This document shows, piece after piece, positions 45,424 to 47,345 of a stretch of 47,345 bases of DNA. How positions within the stretch are numbered: the stretch's first letter is position 1; the number at the start of each line of letters is the position of its first letter. The notes beneath the pieces were generated by a model. That model was not told the DNA's origin, did no database searches, and saw only the letters and a program-made list of their open reading frames with translations. A program made the translations under genes and the position numbers. The stretch comes from Macrostomum lignano. Its lineage: Eukaryota. Location: contig NIVC01004394.1 in assembly GCA_002269645.1 (NCBI GenBank), forward strand, positions 1 through 47,345, read 5' to 3'.

Positions 45424-47345
45424 ATCATGAGGGTGTTGGGGTCAAATGGGGATCATGAGGCGTGTTGCGGGTCAAATGGGGATCATGGGCGTGTTGGGGT
45501 CAAATGGGATCATGAGGCGTGTTGGGGTCAAATGGGGATCATGAGGCATGTTGGGTCAAATGGGGATCGTGAGGCGTGTTGGGGTCAAATGGGGATCATG
45601 AGGCGTGTTGGGTCAAATGGGGATCATGAGGCGTGTTGGGGTCAAAATGGGGATCATTGAGGCATGTGGGGTCAAATGGGGATCGTGAGGCGTGTTGGGG
45701 TCGATGGGATCATGAGGCGTGTTGGGGTCAAATGGGGATCATGAGGCGTGTTGGGGTCAAATGGGCGATCATGAGGCGTGTTGGGGTCAAATGGGGATCA
45801 TGAGGCGTGTTGGGGTCAAATGGGATCATGAGGCACGTGTTGGGGTCAAATGGGGATCGATGAGGCGTGTTGGGTCAAATGGGGATCATGAGGCGTGTTG
45901 GGGTCAAATGGGGATCATGAGGCATGTTGGGGTCAAATGGGATCGTGAGGCGTGTGGGTCAAATGGGGATCATGAGGCGTGTTGGGGTCAAATGGGGATC
46001 ATGAGCGCGTGTTGGGGTCAAATGGGGATCATGAGCATGCTGGGTCAAATGGGATCATGAGGCGTGTTGGGGTCAAATGGGGATCATGAGGCGTGTTGGG
46101 TCAAATGGGGATCATGAGGCGTGTTGGGGTCAAATGGGATCGTGAGGCGTGTTGGCGTCAAATGGGGATCAATGAGGCGTGTTAGGGTCAAATGGGGATC
46201 ATGAGGCGTGTTGGGGTCAAATGGGATCATGAGGCATGCTGGGGTCAAATGGGATCGTGAGGCGTGTTGGGGTCAATGCGGGATCATGAGGGCGTGTTGG
46301 GGTCAAATGGGGATCATGAGGCGTGTTGGGGTCAAAAGGGGATCATGAGGCGTGCTGGGGTCAAATGGGGATCATGAGGCGTGTTGGGGTCAATGGGGAT
46401 CATGAGGCGTGTTGGGGTCAAATGGGGATCATGAGGCGTGTTGGGGTCAAATGGGGATCATGAGGCGTGTTGGGGTCAAATGGGGATCATGAGGCATGTT
46501 GGGGTCAAATGGGGATCGTGAGGCGTGTTGGGGTCAAATGGGGATCATGAGGCGTGTTGGGGTCAAATGGGGATCATGAGGCGTGTTGGGGTCAAATGGG
46601 GATCATGAGGCATTGGGGTCAAATGGGGATCGTGAGGCGTGTTGGGGTCAAATGGGGATCATGAGGCGTGTTGGGGTCAAATGGGGATCATGAGGCGTGT
46701 TGGGGTCAAATGGGATCATGAGGGTGTTGGGGTCAAATGGGGATCATGAGGCGTGTTGGGGTCAATGGGGATCATGAGGCGTGTTGGGGTCAAATGGGGA
46801 TCATGAGGCGTGTTGGGGTCAAATGGGGATCATGAGGCGTGTTGGGGTCAAATGGGGATCATGAGGCATGTTGGGGTCAAATGGGGATCGTGAGGCGTGT
46901 TGGGGTCAAATGGGGATCATGAGGCGTGTTGGGGTCAAATGGGGATCATGAGGCGTGTTGGGGTCAAATGGGGATCATGAGGCATGCTGGGGTCAAATGG
47001 GGATCGTGAGGCGTGTTGGGGTCAAATGGGGATCATGAGGCGTGTTGGGGTCAAATGGGGATCATGAGGCGTGTTGGGGTCAATGGGGATCATGAGGCAT
47101 GCTGGGGTCAAATGGGGATCGTGAGGCGTTGGGGTCAAATGGGGATCATGAGGCTTGGGGTCAAATGGGGATCATGAGGCGTGTTGGGGTCAAATGGGGA
47201 TCATGAGGCATGCTGGGGTCAATGGGGATCGTGAGGCGTGTTGGGGTCAAATGGGATCGTGAGGCGTGTTGGGTCAAATGGGGATCATGAGCGTGTTGGG
47301 TCAAATGGGGATCGTGAGGCGTGTTGGGGTCAAATGGGGATCGTG
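45424..47345. repeat. 29-bp minisatellite (GAGGCGTGTTGGGGTCAAATGGGGATCAT), >60 copies, running off the window end
   Basis: Directly visible; frequent 1-bp homopolymer indels. Confidence 0.97.

Noticed and set aside
1-47345. Hammerhead ribozyme cores (CTGANGA...GAAA) in the tandem arrays
   Set aside because: A manual check of CGAAAC/GTTTCG sites found no correctly placed CTGANGA partner.

Overview
Eukaryotic (invertebrate) genomic DNA. GC-rich exons with poly-Q/poly-A tracts, dense intronic minisatellites and mixed transposon debris suggest a flatworm such as Macrostomum (inference only). Five spliced protein genes can be reconstructed by hand with GT-AG junctions and consistent phases: an RFX5/7-like transcription factor (+, 11442-16475), RPS3A (+, 21577-22998), a rhodopsin-class peptide-receptor-like GPCR (-, 24600-31224), prohibitin PHB1 (-, 39085-40528) and the 3' part of an EVI5-like coiled-coil gene (-, 43027-~44316; the 5' end lies beyond the window). 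The left end is a nest of retroelement remnants. The most striking is an Ingi/Vingi-like LINE 5' end that begins exactly with an HDV-like ribozyme fold (2157-2229), followed by a 2A-like GDIESNPG motif, three PHD-like Cys/His modules and an AP endonuclease, inserted antisense into another LINE. Also present are a near-intact mariner, a Merlin/ISXO2 remnant, four non-autonomous TIR elements with 8-bp TSDs (one carrying an LSU rRNA helix-69 fragment just upstream of RPS3A), a tRNA-derived SINE interrupted by a 53-bp palindrome with a 5-bp TSD, and more than a dozen unrelated tandem arrays, several built from splice-signal-like units. Many frameshifts are single-base losses and could be assembly errors. 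All family calls are from recognised motifs, not database searches.
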